64,000 nt of DNA from an uncultured virus (IMG/VR IMGVR_UViG_3300001605_000024) (Duplodnaviria; Heunggongvirae; Uroviricota; Caudoviricetes), in IMG/VR virus record IMGVR_UViG_3300001605_000024, positions 1 to 64,000 of that record, one strand, 5' to 3'. This document shows, one piece after another, positions 29,387 through 38,751 of this stretch. Both the position numbers and the translations under genes were made by a program. The notes beneath the pieces were generated by a model. The model did not search any database. It was not told the origin of the DNA and saw nothing but the letters and a program-made list of their open reading frames with translations. Each line of letters opens with the position of its first letter. The stretch's first letter is position 1.

Positions 29387-29418
29387 TTTGGATATTTCCC
29401 TATAAGTTATTATATTTA
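29387..29418 (+). promoter_or_regulatory. Bacteroidota-type -33/-7 promoter for the modification cluster
   Basis: TTTG 29387-N20-TATATTTA 29411. Confidence 0.7.
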
Positions 29419-29422
29419 AGTT

Positions 29423-30079
29423 ATGAGAAAAGTTTTAATAGGAACACCATCTTATGATGGTAGAATAGACACTTGGTTTGCTAATTCCTTAATACAAACC
29501 GTTAAACAATCCGAGAAGCATGAAGTTGAAGTTCATGCTATTTACCCCTCATATGACTCTCTAATACAACGTGCTCGTAATGACTTATTTCGAATGGTTC
29601 GAGAAAGTAATTATGACACATTATTCTTTATAGATTCAGATGTAGAATGGGAACCGGAATGGTTCTTTAGACTCTTATCTAGACCTGAACCTATAGTAGG
29701 GGCAGCTTTAGTTAAAAAATCAGACACTGAAGGATACACAGTTAAAATAACTAACAAAGAACTAAAACATTCAGAGGATAAGAAACTGCTAGAGGTAGAT
29801 GGTGTAGGTACTGGATTTCTGAAAGTAGACAGATTTGCCCTAGATCAATTGTGGGATATGAGTGAACCTTATCTACATGAGGGTAAAAACAATAGAATGG
29901 TATTTGACATTAAGATTGAAAATGGTGACTTGATTAGTGAAGACTATATTATGTGTAATAAATGGCGTTCATTAGGTTATAGAGTTTGGTTAGATCCAAC
30001 CATTACCTGTAATCATAATGGAGTAAAAAAATATAAAGGTAACTTACAGCAATTCCTAGACAAAAATGGATACATTTAA
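29423..30079 (+). CDS. GT-A fold (GT2-like) glycosyltransferase
   Basis: IGTPSY, RARN, FFIDSD (DxD), GTGF, SED, W.DP.I.C.H. Confidence 0.8.
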   Translation: MRKVLIGTPSYDGRIDTWFANSLIQTVKQSEKHEVEVHAIYPSYDSLIQRARNDLFRMVRESNYDTLFFIDSDVEWEPEWFFRLLSRPEPIVGAALVKKSDTEGYTVKITNKELKHSEDKKLLEVDGVGTGFLKVDRFALDQLWDMSEPYLHEGKNNRMVFDIKIENGDLISEDYIMCNKWRSLGYRVWLDPTITCNHNGVKKYKGNLQQFLDKNGYI

Positions 30080-30983
30080 ACAACCCCGAGGTGGTACAGA
30101 ACTAATGTTTGAGGAATTATATAAAAGATTACCATCAGAGTTAATAGATAAATTCTCTATCTTTAACTACTTACCTCAAGCCGACTTCACCAAACCTACC
30201 ATATTCTGGAACCAACTATCATACGATCAAGAAGCAATCCAATTCTTAAATAACCCAGAATATATACAAAAAATAGACCATTTTGTATTTGTCAGTCATT
30301 GGCAGTCTGAAATGTTCCGAAAAATATTTAATATACCTGGTTTTAAAACTCACGTTATTAAAAATGCTTGTATAGGTATAGAGACTGAAAAAACATCTTC
30401 TGATAAGATAAAGATATGTTACACCTCAACTCCCTGGCGAGGATTAGATGTTTTATTAAAAGCTTGGGAAATATTACAACCTGACAATTGTGAGTTACAT
30501 GTGTTTTCTTCGTGTAAAATATACGGGGAGATATTTGGAGAAAACGATAGTCAATATCAGACATTATATGACAAATGTCATGAACTCCCCGGTGTAATTT
30601 ACCGAGGATCAATAGCTAATGAACAATTACAAGAGGAGTTATCTAATTTTGATATATTAGCTTACCCATGTACATTTGAGGAAACATCTTGCATTGCTGT
30701 TATAGAGGCATTGTCTGCTGGCCTTAGAGTCATAACCTCTAATCTAGGAGCTTTACCTGAAACAACTGAAGGGTGGGCTAGAATGTATCCTTATCTAATG
30801 GATAAAGAAAAACATGCTAACCATTTTGCTAGTGTATTAGAGGATGAAATTAAGAGAATAGAAGATGGAAGTTTAGACTACCAATTAGATTTACAAAAAA
30901 GAGTATATGCTCCTCGTTGGAGTTGGGATACTAGAATTAAAGAATGGAAACAATTGCTGTATGAACTGGAACCTACTATTTAA
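30066..30983 (+). CDS. GT-B fold (GT4-like) glycosyltransferase
   Basis: GGTE, FVSHWQ, YTSTPWRGLD, ETSCIAVIEA (E-x7-E). Confidence 0.85.
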   Translation: MDTFKQPRGGTELMFEELYKRLPSELIDKFSIFNYLPQADFTKPTIFWNQLSYDQEAIQFLNNPEYIQKIDHFVFVSHWQSEMFRKIFNIPGFKTHVIKNACIGIETEKTSSDKIKICYTSTPWRGLDVLLKAWEILQPDNCELHVFSSCKIYGEIFGENDSQYQTLYDKCHELPGVIYRGSIANEQLQEELSNFDILAYPCTFEETSCIAVIEALSAGLRVITSNLGALPETTEGWARMYPYLMDKEKHANHFASVLEDEIKRIEDGSLDYQLDLQKRVYAPRWSWDTRIKEWKQLLYELEPTI

Positions 30984-31575
30984 CTATGTTAGACCCCAAT
31001 ATATAATAGATATAGGAGCCCATATTGGAAGTTTTTCACATACTCTAAAATATTATTATCCTGGATGTAATTGCTATATGATAGAAGCAAATCCCTATTG
31101 TGAAGAGCATCTATCTAAATTAAATATTCCTTATACAATAGCTGCTTTATCTTCTGAAGAAAAGACTACATCTTTATATTTAGAAAAAACAAATAATATA
31201 GGTACAGGTACTTCTTTATATAAAGAAAATACACAGTACTATGAAGAAGGCAAATATACGGTTCTAGATGTTCAATCTCGTATATTAGATAGCCTTAATA
31301 TATTCCCAAATATCACCATAGATTTAATAAAACTTGATACTCAAGGATCAGAGTTAGATATTTTAGAAGGAGGATATGAGACTATAAAAAGAACCCAATA
31401 TTTATTATTAGAAGTATCTTTACTAGAATATAACCAAAAAGCTCCTTTAGTAGATACTATAGTAGACAAACTAAGAAAACTTAACTTTAAAATAGAAGAT
31501 ATACTAGATTACCATTATATATCAGACAAACACATATTTCAATTAGACATCTTATTTAAAAATTTAAACATTTAA
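30961..31575 (+). CDS. FkbM-family SAM-dependent methyltransferase
   Basis: IIDIGAHIG, IEAN, LIKLDTQGSE.DILEG; start uncertain (30907 or 30961). Confidence 0.85.
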   Translation: MNWNLLFNYVRPQYIIDIGAHIGSFSHTLKYYYPGCNCYMIEANPYCEEHLSKLNIPYTIAALSSEEKTTSLYLEKTNNIGTGTSLYKENTQYYEEGKYTVLDVQSRILDSLNIFPNITIDLIKLDTQGSELDILEGGYETIKRTQYLLLEVSLLEYNQKAPLVDTIVDKLRKLNFKIEDILDYHYISDKHIFQLDILFKNLNI

Positions 31576-31586
31576 CTTACACAAAC

Positions 31587-31931
31587 ATGATTTTTGGAAA
31601 AATTAACCCAGTACTTAGTATGGTTACACAAGACAGCCTATTTAATCCTACCGCTGAATTTATTACAGGTTCTTATATTACAGCTATGGCCACTCCCTAT
31701 CCATTAGGCGCCAATCAAGTGAACTTTAGAGTATCATATGGTAATTGTGAATTTAAAGATGGAGAAGTAGTAAATTTCAAAGCAATTCATCAGGACAGCG
31801 TTACCTTATCTGGTGAAGATATCGAAAGCTGGGGAACAGATGATGCTGTTATCTTAGATATTATTACTGAAAAACAAGGTACTGAAATTGTAGAAGTAGT
31901 ATCGGGTAGTGTAGACGGATTTAGATTCTAA
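31587..31931 (+). CDS. Hypothetical protein
   Basis: 114-aa ORF inside the modification cluster. Confidence 0.6.
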   Translation: MIFGKINPVLSMVTQDSLFNPTAEFITGSYITAMATPYPLGANQVNFRVSYGNCEFKDGEVVNFKAIHQDSVTLSGEDIESWGTDDAVILDIITEKQGTEIVEVVSGSVDGFRF

Positions 31932-31970
31932 TTTGGAATTATAAAATTAATATGTTACATTATAATAGTT

Positions 31971-32795
31971 ATGCCAATAAAAAAAGTATTTTATAATAGT
32001 TCTATGCCCCGTGCAGGGTCAACTTTGATCCAAAATATATTAGGTCAAAATCCTGAAATTCATACTACCCCTACTTCTGGAGTGTTCGAGATGTTAACAT
32101 CATCTCGAACTATCTTCAGTGATAGTCTAGAGTTTAAAGCTCAAGATGAATCACAGATGATGTTAGGTTTTAAAGGATACTTAAAAAACGCCTTGTACGG
32201 ATTTTATGAACCTCTTACAGATAAACCTTATGTTATAGATAAATGTAGGGGATGGAATTCTGAATGGGAATTTGTCAATGCTTTTGATCCTAACCCTAAA
32301 ATGATATGCATGATCCGGGATATAAGATCAGTATATTCTTCTTTAGAGAAAAAATTTAGGAAAAACCCACTCATAGATCATCACTTAGCAAACTGGGGTA
32401 ATTTAACAGGAACAACTACTGATAAAAGAGTTCAAGTATGGTCTGCAAATCCTCCAATTGGGCCTTCAATGGATCGAATATATCAGGTTTTAGTGCAAGG
32501 ATTACATAAACATATACTGTTTATTAAATTTGAAGAATTATGTGCTGATCCTGAAACTCAACTAAAAAGAGTATATGAGTATTTGGAAATTCCATATTAT
32601 CAACACAACTTTAAAAATATTAAACAAGTCACATATGAGGACGATAAGTGGTATGGAATTTTTGGAGACCATATTATTAGACAGGAATTAAAACCTGTAA
32701 AAGAAGATTATCTAGAGGTATTAGGTCCTAATGCTTGTAAAATAATTGAAGAAAATTACGCGTGGTTTTTTAATGATTTCGGTTATAAAATATAA
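31971..32795 (+). CDS. PAPS-dependent sulfotransferase
   Basis: 5'-PSB SMPRAGSTL, 3'-PB IRD....YSS, KFEEL.ADP...L..VYEYL. Confidence 0.85.
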   Translation: MPIKKVFYNSSMPRAGSTLIQNILGQNPEIHTTPTSGVFEMLTSSRTIFSDSLEFKAQDESQMMLGFKGYLKNALYGFYEPLTDKPYVIDKCRGWNSEWEFVNAFDPNPKMICMIRDIRSVYSSLEKKFRKNPLIDHHLANWGNLTGTTTDKRVQVWSANPPIGPSMDRIYQVLVQGLHKHILFIKFEELCADPETQLKRVYEYLEIPYYQHNFKNIKQVTYEDDKWYGIFGDHIIRQELKPVKEDYLEVLGPNACKIIEENYAWFFNDFGYKI

Positions 32796-32802
32796 GTAAA
32801 TT

Positions 32803-33765
32803 ATGAATGTAGGTTATAAAACAAATACAGATTTGAAAAATAATGAAAAAGTTACAGTACTAGAAGACACTTCAAATCATAGTCAAAAATTCTTAGTATG
32901 GCATATTGAAGGAGGATTAGGTAAAAATATAGCAGCTACGGCTTTAATATCTCCTCTAAAAGAAAAATATAAAGATAGAAAACTAATCTTGGTAGTATCT
33001 TATCCTGAGGTATTTTTAAACCATCCTGATATTCATAGAGTATATAGAGTAGGCAGATTATCATATTTTTATGATGATTACATTAATGGTAAAGATACAA
33101 TAGTACATAGGCAGGAACCATATTTTCAATCTGACCATATAATGCGTAAAAAACATTTAATTGAAAACTGGTGTGAACTTTTAAATATTCCTTATAAAAA
33201 TTACCAGCCTATATTGCATCATAACATGATACAAAAGGATTTAAAATATAACTGGAAAAGAGATAAACCGGTAATGGTAATTCACACTAATGGAGGTCCA
33301 TTAGATCAACAATCATTATATTCATGGACCAGAGATATGCCTTATCCTGTAGCTCACTCTATAGTAGAACAATACAAAAACAAATACCACATAATTCAAA
33401 TAGGCAGAGATCCGGGACATGCTGTGCCAGGTATAGAATTTATAAATACTCCTATGAGTAATTTTGAATTGTTCTCTATACTATCTCAATCCTCAAAACG
33501 AGTACTAATAGATTCTAGTTTACAGCACGCCGCCGCTGCTATGAATCTAAAATCAACAGTATTATGGATTGGTACTTCACCTACAAATTTTGGATATAAG
33601 TCTCATTCTAATATTGTAGCTAAACCTCCTAAAGGTAATGTTAAACTAATTGATGCTTATTTATTTGATTATTCTTTTGATGGTGTAATACATGAATGTC
33701 CCTACAATGACATTAATGAAATATTTAATATAAATGATATTTTTAACTCCATAGATAAACAATGA
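32803..33765 (+). CDS. GT9-like (heptosyltransferase-fold) glycosyltransferase
   Basis: GGLGKNI, IDSSLQHAAAA...STVLW..T....FGY. Confidence 0.7.
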   Translation: MNVGYKTNTDLKNNEKVTVLEDTSNHSQKFLVWHIEGGLGKNIAATALISPLKEKYKDRKLILVVSYPEVFLNHPDIHRVYRVGRLSYFYDDYINGKDTIVHRQEPYFQSDHIMRKKHLIENWCELLNIPYKNYQPILHHNMIQKDLKYNWKRDKPVMVIHTNGGPLDQQSLYSWTRDMPYPVAHSIVEQYKNKYHIIQIGRDPGHAVPGIEFINTPMSNFELFSILSQSSKRVLIDSSLQHAAAAMNLKSTVLWIGTSPTNFGYKSHSNIVAKPPKGNVKLIDAYLFDYSFDGVIHECPYNDINEIFNINDIFNSIDKQ

Positions 33766-34208
33766 TTATAGTATTATTTGGTCAACCCCATTGTGGAAAA
33801 TCCACACTAGCTAAATCTTTAGGATATCACCTCTTTGCTGAAAACATTGATGGAGATAATTTAAGAGATATATTCCAAAATAAAGATTACAGTCGTGAAG
33901 GACGTATTAGAAATCTCAATAGAGCTAGTGATATCGCCCATTATATAAATCAACAAAATTTAGAAAATGTTATATTATCCTTAGTATACCCTTATAAAGA
34001 AACCAGAGAATATCTAAACCAACTAACCCCAGATGTACGTTGGGTATATTTAACTTATAAAGGAAAACGAGGTAGAGAAAAATTCCATGTAGAGGATTTT
34101 GAAGTTCCTGAAAATGAGCAATTTCTAGGTTTAGATACCTCAACATTATCAATAATAGAATGTACTAATAAAATTTTAAAATATGTGGGATACCAAGATT
34201 CACGTTAA
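33762..34208 (+). CDS. cysC: Adenylylsulfate (APS) kinase, compact
   Basis: GQPHCGKSTLA, IDGDNLR, YS.EGR.RN, VYPY...R, FE.PE. Confidence 0.8.
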   Translation: MIIVLFGQPHCGKSTLAKSLGYHLFAENIDGDNLRDIFQNKDYSREGRIRNLNRASDIAHYINQQNLENVILSLVYPYKETREYLNQLTPDVRWVYLTYKGKRGREKFHVEDFEVPENEQFLGLDTSTLSIIECTNKILKYVGYQDSR

Positions 34209-34563
34209 ATCATCATTACCTAAAAAAGACACACAGTGGTCTTTGTTTATAGGACGTTGGCAGCCCTTACATGAAGGACATAAAGCCTTATTTCGGCAAG
34301 TAATAAATGAGGGAGGAAAAGTTTGTGTCGCTATTAGAGATGTTGAAATAGACAAAAACAATCCCTATTCTCCACATGATATTATACTTAATATTTCTAA
34401 CCAAATGCAAGAGGAAATACAATCCGGTAAACTCAAAATTATTACCATTCCTGACATATGTTCTGTAGAATTTGGTAGAGGAGTAGGATATGACATTATA
34501 GAACATATTCCTCCCCAAGAGATAGCTGAAATATCTGCGACCAAAATACGTAATGGTAAATAA
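34183..34563 (+). CDS. Small HIGH-family nucleotidyltransferase
   Basis: FIGRWQPLHEGH, FGRGVGY, ISATKIR. Confidence 0.75.
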   Translation: MWDTKIHVKSSLPKKDTQWSLFIGRWQPLHEGHKALFRQVINEGGKVCVAIRDVEIDKNNPYSPHDIILNISNQMQEEIQSGKLKIITIPDICSVEFGRGVGYDIIEHIPPQEIAEISATKIRNGK

Positions 34564-34771
34564 TAAAAGACACATAGCTAAAACCATTAGTTATAGAATA
34601 ATAAGTACAACTATAGGTTTTTTAGCTATGTGGTTAATTACTGGTTCTATTCAAATTAGTTCTGCTTTTAGTATAGTAGAGCTAGTTTGGAAACCTCTAC
34701 AATATTACTGTCATGAGCGAATTTGGTATAAATGGATTAAGTATGGAATAAAAAATGACAATTCTGTATAA
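34553..34771 (+). CDS. DUF2061-like small membrane protein
   Basis: KTISYRII.T...K...YY.HERIW. Confidence 0.75.
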   Translation: MVNNKRHIAKTISYRIISTTIGFLAMWLITGSIQISSAFSIVELVWKPLQYYCHERIWYKWIKYGIKNDNSV

Positions 34772-34801
34772 AAACTTTATATTTATAATAAACTAACTGC
34801 C

Positions 34802-34990
34802 ATGATACTAGCTAAAGTAAGTACTTCAAAAGAAATCCTATATGTTGTAGGTGAGGATGAAAGTGATGTAAGAGATAAAGCTCAAAAACATCTTAAATCC
34901 CGGTATTTTTCAGAAACGGTGCAAATCAGAACCTTAGATATAATAGCATGTTCTAAAAAACGATACTCACAAACTACCTTAATAACATGA
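34802..34990 (+). CDS. Hypothetical protein
   Basis: 62 aa; ATATTTATA at 34779; ATGA coupling to the next gene. Confidence 0.55.
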   Translation: MILAKVSTSKEILYVVGEDESDVRDKAQKHLKSRYFSETVQIRTLDIIACSKKRYSQTTLIT

Positions 34991-35496
34991 AAAATATAAT
35001 ATGGAGATTGTTAATTTTTCTAACTTTAGGATGTAAAAGTAGTGAAAAAACCTTAAATACTTCATTTGAAGAAAATCAACAACAAACTGAATCTCTTGAA
35101 GAAAAAAAAGGTATCTCTGTATCTTTTAATACCTCTCAACTCTTTTCTAACCAGCTAAAAATCACTAGATTTGAACCTATATATCTCAATATAGAAGGAA
35201 AAGATACAATTATATTAAAGGAAGTAATTTATGAACAAACTTCAATCGCTCAAACTGCAGAAAAATCTTCAACTGTAGATACAACTGCTCTAACCTCTAA
35301 ATCCGAATCTAATTCTGAAGTATTAGAAACTAAAGATTTAAATCGTGAATTTAAAGGATATAATATTATCCAGTCTATTATAGGAGGAATAACTACAATT
35401 ATAATAGGACCATTTAAATGGATACTATGGATTGTAGCTTTACTCTTGATTATCCCAATTTTTAGATTTATTAAGAATAAACTAACCAAAAAATGA
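34987..35496 (+). CDS. Lipoprotein with a C-terminal transmembrane segment (candidate unimolecular spanin)
   Basis: Lipobox LIFLTLG-C16; hydrophobic C-terminus followed by a basic tail. Confidence 0.6.
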   Translation: MKNIIWRLLIFLTLGCKSSEKTLNTSFEENQQQTESLEEKKGISVSFNTSQLFSNQLKITRFEPIYLNIEGKDTIILKEVIYEQTSIAQTAEKSSTVDTTALTSKSESNSEVLETKDLNREFKGYNIIQSIIGGITTIIIGPFKWILWIVALLLIIPIFRFIKNKLTKK

Positions 35497-36014
35497 ACTT
35501 AAAATCAATCTTTCAATATTTATACGAGAAAACAACAAATTTTATAAAACATATGAAAAACTTATTTAAAAACCTTATTAGTAAAGTAGGTAATTTCCTT
35601 AGAAATCTATTAGATGATGTAGTAGATATCGTAGAAACCAAAGCTCCTAAAGCTGTACAAATTGTACAAAAAATAAAAGAAGCTATTGAGAAGCATAATA
35701 GTGATATTGAGTGGGTGTTAGAAAAAACAGCAACTGAACAAGATGATGAAGCTTTTATTATTATAAAAGAGAAATTACCTATGATAGCTAAAGAATTAGC
35801 GATAATTGAAGGACTTGTAGGTACTGAAGCTACTACTGAAGAAGCTTTAGCTATTTATCTAGATTATATTTCTAGTAAAACTAAAGCCGCCAGAGCTAAA
35901 GAATTTATTATATTATCTGCTATGATATTACAGGCTATAATTCAAAAGAAACTTCCATTAGAAATTTTAATTATTTCTACACAGAAGGCTTACCATCTGT
36001 TATTTAGAAAATAA
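35493..36014 (+). CDS. Hypothetical helical protein
   Basis: 173-aa ORF with an amphipathic N-terminus. Confidence 0.55.
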   Translation: MNLKSIFQYLYEKTTNFIKHMKNLFKNLISKVGNFLRNLLDDVVDIVETKAPKAVQIVQKIKEAIEKHNSDIEWVLEKTATEQDDEAFIIIKEKLPMIAKELAIIEGLVGTEATTEEALAIYLDYISSKTKAARAKEFIILSAMILQAIIQKKLPLEILIISTQKAYHLLFRK

Positions 36015-36046
36015 ATATTATTTCTTCAAATTTAATCTTAATAGCC

Positions 36047-36298
36047 ATGGAAAAAGTTATGCTTGCATCCGAAGAATTAAATCGTATTCAAACATTAAAT
36101 TCTCAAATTAGTAATATTGTTCTAACTTTGGGTCAAATTGAAATAAATAAATCTCTTTTAGAAGAAAACAAAAAAGGTTTACTACTTAATTATTCCCAAC
36201 TGCAAAAAGAACAAGATGAATTAGCATCTGAGCTTACTCAAAAGTACGGTGATGGGAATATTGATTTAGCTACTGGAGAACTTACTAAAACAGAATAG
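36047..36298 (+). CDS. Small coiled-coil protein
   Basis: L..KYG.G.I.L.TGE C-terminal pattern. Confidence 0.6.
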   Translation: MEKVMLASEELNRIQTLNSQISNIVLTLGQIEINKSLLEENKKGLLLNYSQLQKEQDELASELTQKYGDGNIDLATGELTKTE

Positions 36299-36354
36299 TT
36301 TTTTAAAAAGGTTTCTAATATTTATAACAAAACATATTAAATTGAATATATAAC

Positions 36355-38085
36355 ATGGCAGAAACTTTACTTTCACCCGGTGTATTAACACGAGAAAATG
36401 ACCAGTCTTTTATCCAAGGTCAGCCTCTTGAACGTGGTGCCGCTATAATCGGTCCCACCGCTAAAGGACCAGTTGAAATCCCAACTATAGTAAGCTCATT
36501 TGGAGAATTTACCAATGTGTTTGGTAATGCTATTGAGAGTGGATCGCAAATATACTCTTATCTTACTTCTATAGCTGCTAGCAATTATTTCCAAAATGGT
36601 GGTACTTCTTTATTAGTAACTAGAGTAACATCTGGTTCTTTTTCTCCCGCTATTAGCTCATTAATTCCTACAGGATCAGGTGGACCTACTACAGGTTTAT
36701 CACCTTTTGTATTAGAAACTATCTCTGAAGGTCTTATTATGAATAATACCGGCACTGAAATATCAGGCGCTTTAGAATCCGGTTCTTCAGATAATATTAG
36801 ATGGGAAATTGCAAGTGCTAACACTTCTTCTGGTACTTTTAGTCTATTAGTTAGAAGAGGAGATGATAATAACCAACAAAAAGTAGTATTAGAATCTTAC
36901 AATAACCTATCATTAGACCCATATGCTTCAAATTATATTTCTAAAGTAATTGGTGACACAGATTATAGTTTAAGAAATGATGGAAGCGAATACTATATTC
37001 AACAAACTGGTTCTTACACTAATGCTTCAAAATATATAAGAGTAAAACAAGTAAATTACAATACTCCAAAATATTTTGATAATAACGGTATAGCTAAGAA
37101 TGAATTTACAGGCTCTCTTCCAATTCCAAGTTCTGGTTCATTTGATGGGGCTATAGGATCTAATATACCTACAGGTAGAACTGCTAAATTCTATCAAGAT
37201 ATTAACTCTATAGATAGTCAAGGTCTAATAGGAACTGATTATACTAACGCTATAGCTTTATTAGCTAATACTGATGAATATAAATATAATTTAATAGTAG
37301 CACCAGGTCTAATAAAGTCTGAAGCTAACCATTCTTCTCAACTTACTTCATTAGTAAATAATACTATATTTAGAGGCGATTCTATAGCAATAGTAGATTT
37401 AGTTAAATACGGGTCAAATATCGCACCCGTACTAACACAAGCTGCTTCATTTGATTCTAGTTATGCTGCTACTTACTGGCCTTGGTTACAAACTATTGAT
37501 CCTAACACTAGTGAAACTGTATGGGTTCCCGCTTCTACTATGATTCCGGGGGTATATGCCTTTACAGATGCTTCAAGTGATCCATGGTTCGCTCCCGCAG
37601 GTATTACTAGAGGAGGATTAGGACAAGTAATTAGAGCTGAAAGAAAATTAACAACTGGAAATAGAGACACACTATATGAAGCTAATATTAACCCTATTGC
37701 TACATTCCCTGGAAATGGAGTAGTAGTATTTGGCCAAAAAACACTTCAGAAACGTGCTTCAGCTCTAGATAGAATAAACGTTAGAAGATTATTAATTGCT
37801 CTTAAGAGCTATATAGGTCAAATAGCAGATAATTTAGTATTTGAACAAAATACAGCAGCTACTAGAAATAACTTCTTAAGCCAAGTTAATCCATATCTAG
37901 AATCAGTACAACAAAGACAAGGACTATTTGCTTTCAAAGTAGTAATGGATGAAACTAACAATAGTCCAGATGTAGTGGATAGAAACGAGTTAGTAGGGCA
38001 AATATTCTTACAACCAACTCGTACTGCTGAATTCATTATATTGGATTTTAATGTTCTTCCAACTGGTGCAACTTTCCCGGCATAA
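36355..38085 (+). CDS. Tail sheath protein (T4 gp18-like)
   Basis: LSPGV..RE.D, WFAPAG..RG, NINPIATFPG, FGQKT, RINVRRL, FEQN, QPTRTAEFI. Confidence 0.95.
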   Translation: MAETLLSPGVLTRENDQSFIQGQPLERGAAIIGPTAKGPVEIPTIVSSFGEFTNVFGNAIESGSQIYSYLTSIAASNYFQNGGTSLLVTRVTSGSFSPAISSLIPTGSGGPTTGLSPFVLETISEGLIMNNTGTEISGALESGSSDNIRWEIASANTSSGTFSLLVRRGDDNNQQKVVLESYNNLSLDPYASNYISKVIGDTDYSLRNDGSEYYIQQTGSYTNASKYIRVKQVNYNTPKYFDNNGIAKNEFTGSLPIPSSGSFDGAIGSNIPTGRTAKFYQDINSIDSQGLIGTDYTNAIALLANTDEYKYNLIVAPGLIKSEANHSSQLTSLVNNTIFRGDSIAIVDLVKYGSNIAPVLTQAASFDSSYAATYWPWLQTIDPNTSETVWVPASTMIPGVYAFTDASSDPWFAPAGITRGGLGQVIRAERKLTTGNRDTLYEANINPIATFPGNGVVVFGQKTLQKRASALDRINVRRLLIALKSYIGQIADNLVFEQNTAATRNNFLSQVNPYLESVQQRQGLFAFKVVMDETNNSPDVVDRNELVGQIFLQPTRTAEFIILDFNVLPTGATFPA

Positions 38086-38130
38086 AAAGCTAAAGTTTAG
38101 ATATTTATAATAAAATAAAGCACATATAAA

Positions 38131-38619
38131 ATGGCAATATTAAACCCAAATGAAATATTCTTTACTGCTTTTGAGCCAAAGCAGGCGAATAGATTTATAA
38201 TGTATATAGATGGTATTCCTTCATATACTGTAAAAGGTATGAGTGCAATTACTCTAACTCAAGGAACTGTAGCCTTAAACCATATCAACGTTCAACGTTT
38301 TGTTAAAGGTAAAAGTACTTGGAACCCAATTACCTTTACTCTATTTGATCCAATCACTCCTTCGGGTGCTCAAGCCGTAATGGAATGGGTTAGATTGCAT
38401 CACGAATCTGTAACAGGTAGAGATGGATACTCTGATTTCTATAAGAAAGACTTAACATTCAATGTTATAGGACCTGTAGGAGATGTAGTATCTGAATGGA
38501 TTATTAAAGGTGCTCTAATTACTGAAGCTAATTTTGGTGAGTATGGGTGGGATACAGAAAATACAGCTGTAAACATTACAATGACTGTTCAACCTGATTA
38601 CGCTGTTTTAAATTTCTAA
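38131..38619 (+). CDS. Tail tube protein (T4 gp19-like)
   Basis: EPK..NRF, GK..W.PIT.TL.DP, YKKD; follows the sheath gene. Confidence 0.9.
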   Translation: MAILNPNEIFFTAFEPKQANRFIMYIDGIPSYTVKGMSAITLTQGTVALNHINVQRFVKGKSTWNPITFTLFDPITPSGAQAVMEWVRLHHESVTGRDGYSDFYKKDLTFNVIGPVGDVVSEWIIKGALITEANFGEYGWDTENTAVNITMTVQPDYAVLNF

Positions 38620-38673
38620 AGTACAACCTGGTCATTGTACTTTTAATTTAATTTTTTTTACATAAACTTTTAA

Positions 38674-38704
38674 AAAGAGCTTGGCTTTGGTCAAGCTTTT
38701 TTTT
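38674..38704 (+). terminator. Intrinsic terminator
   Basis: AAAGAGCTTGGC / GTCAAGCTTTTT plus T-run. Confidence 0.75.
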
Positions 38705-38751
38705 ATATTTAATATTTATCATAGAACACAAGTTACATCTAAAACAAGTAT

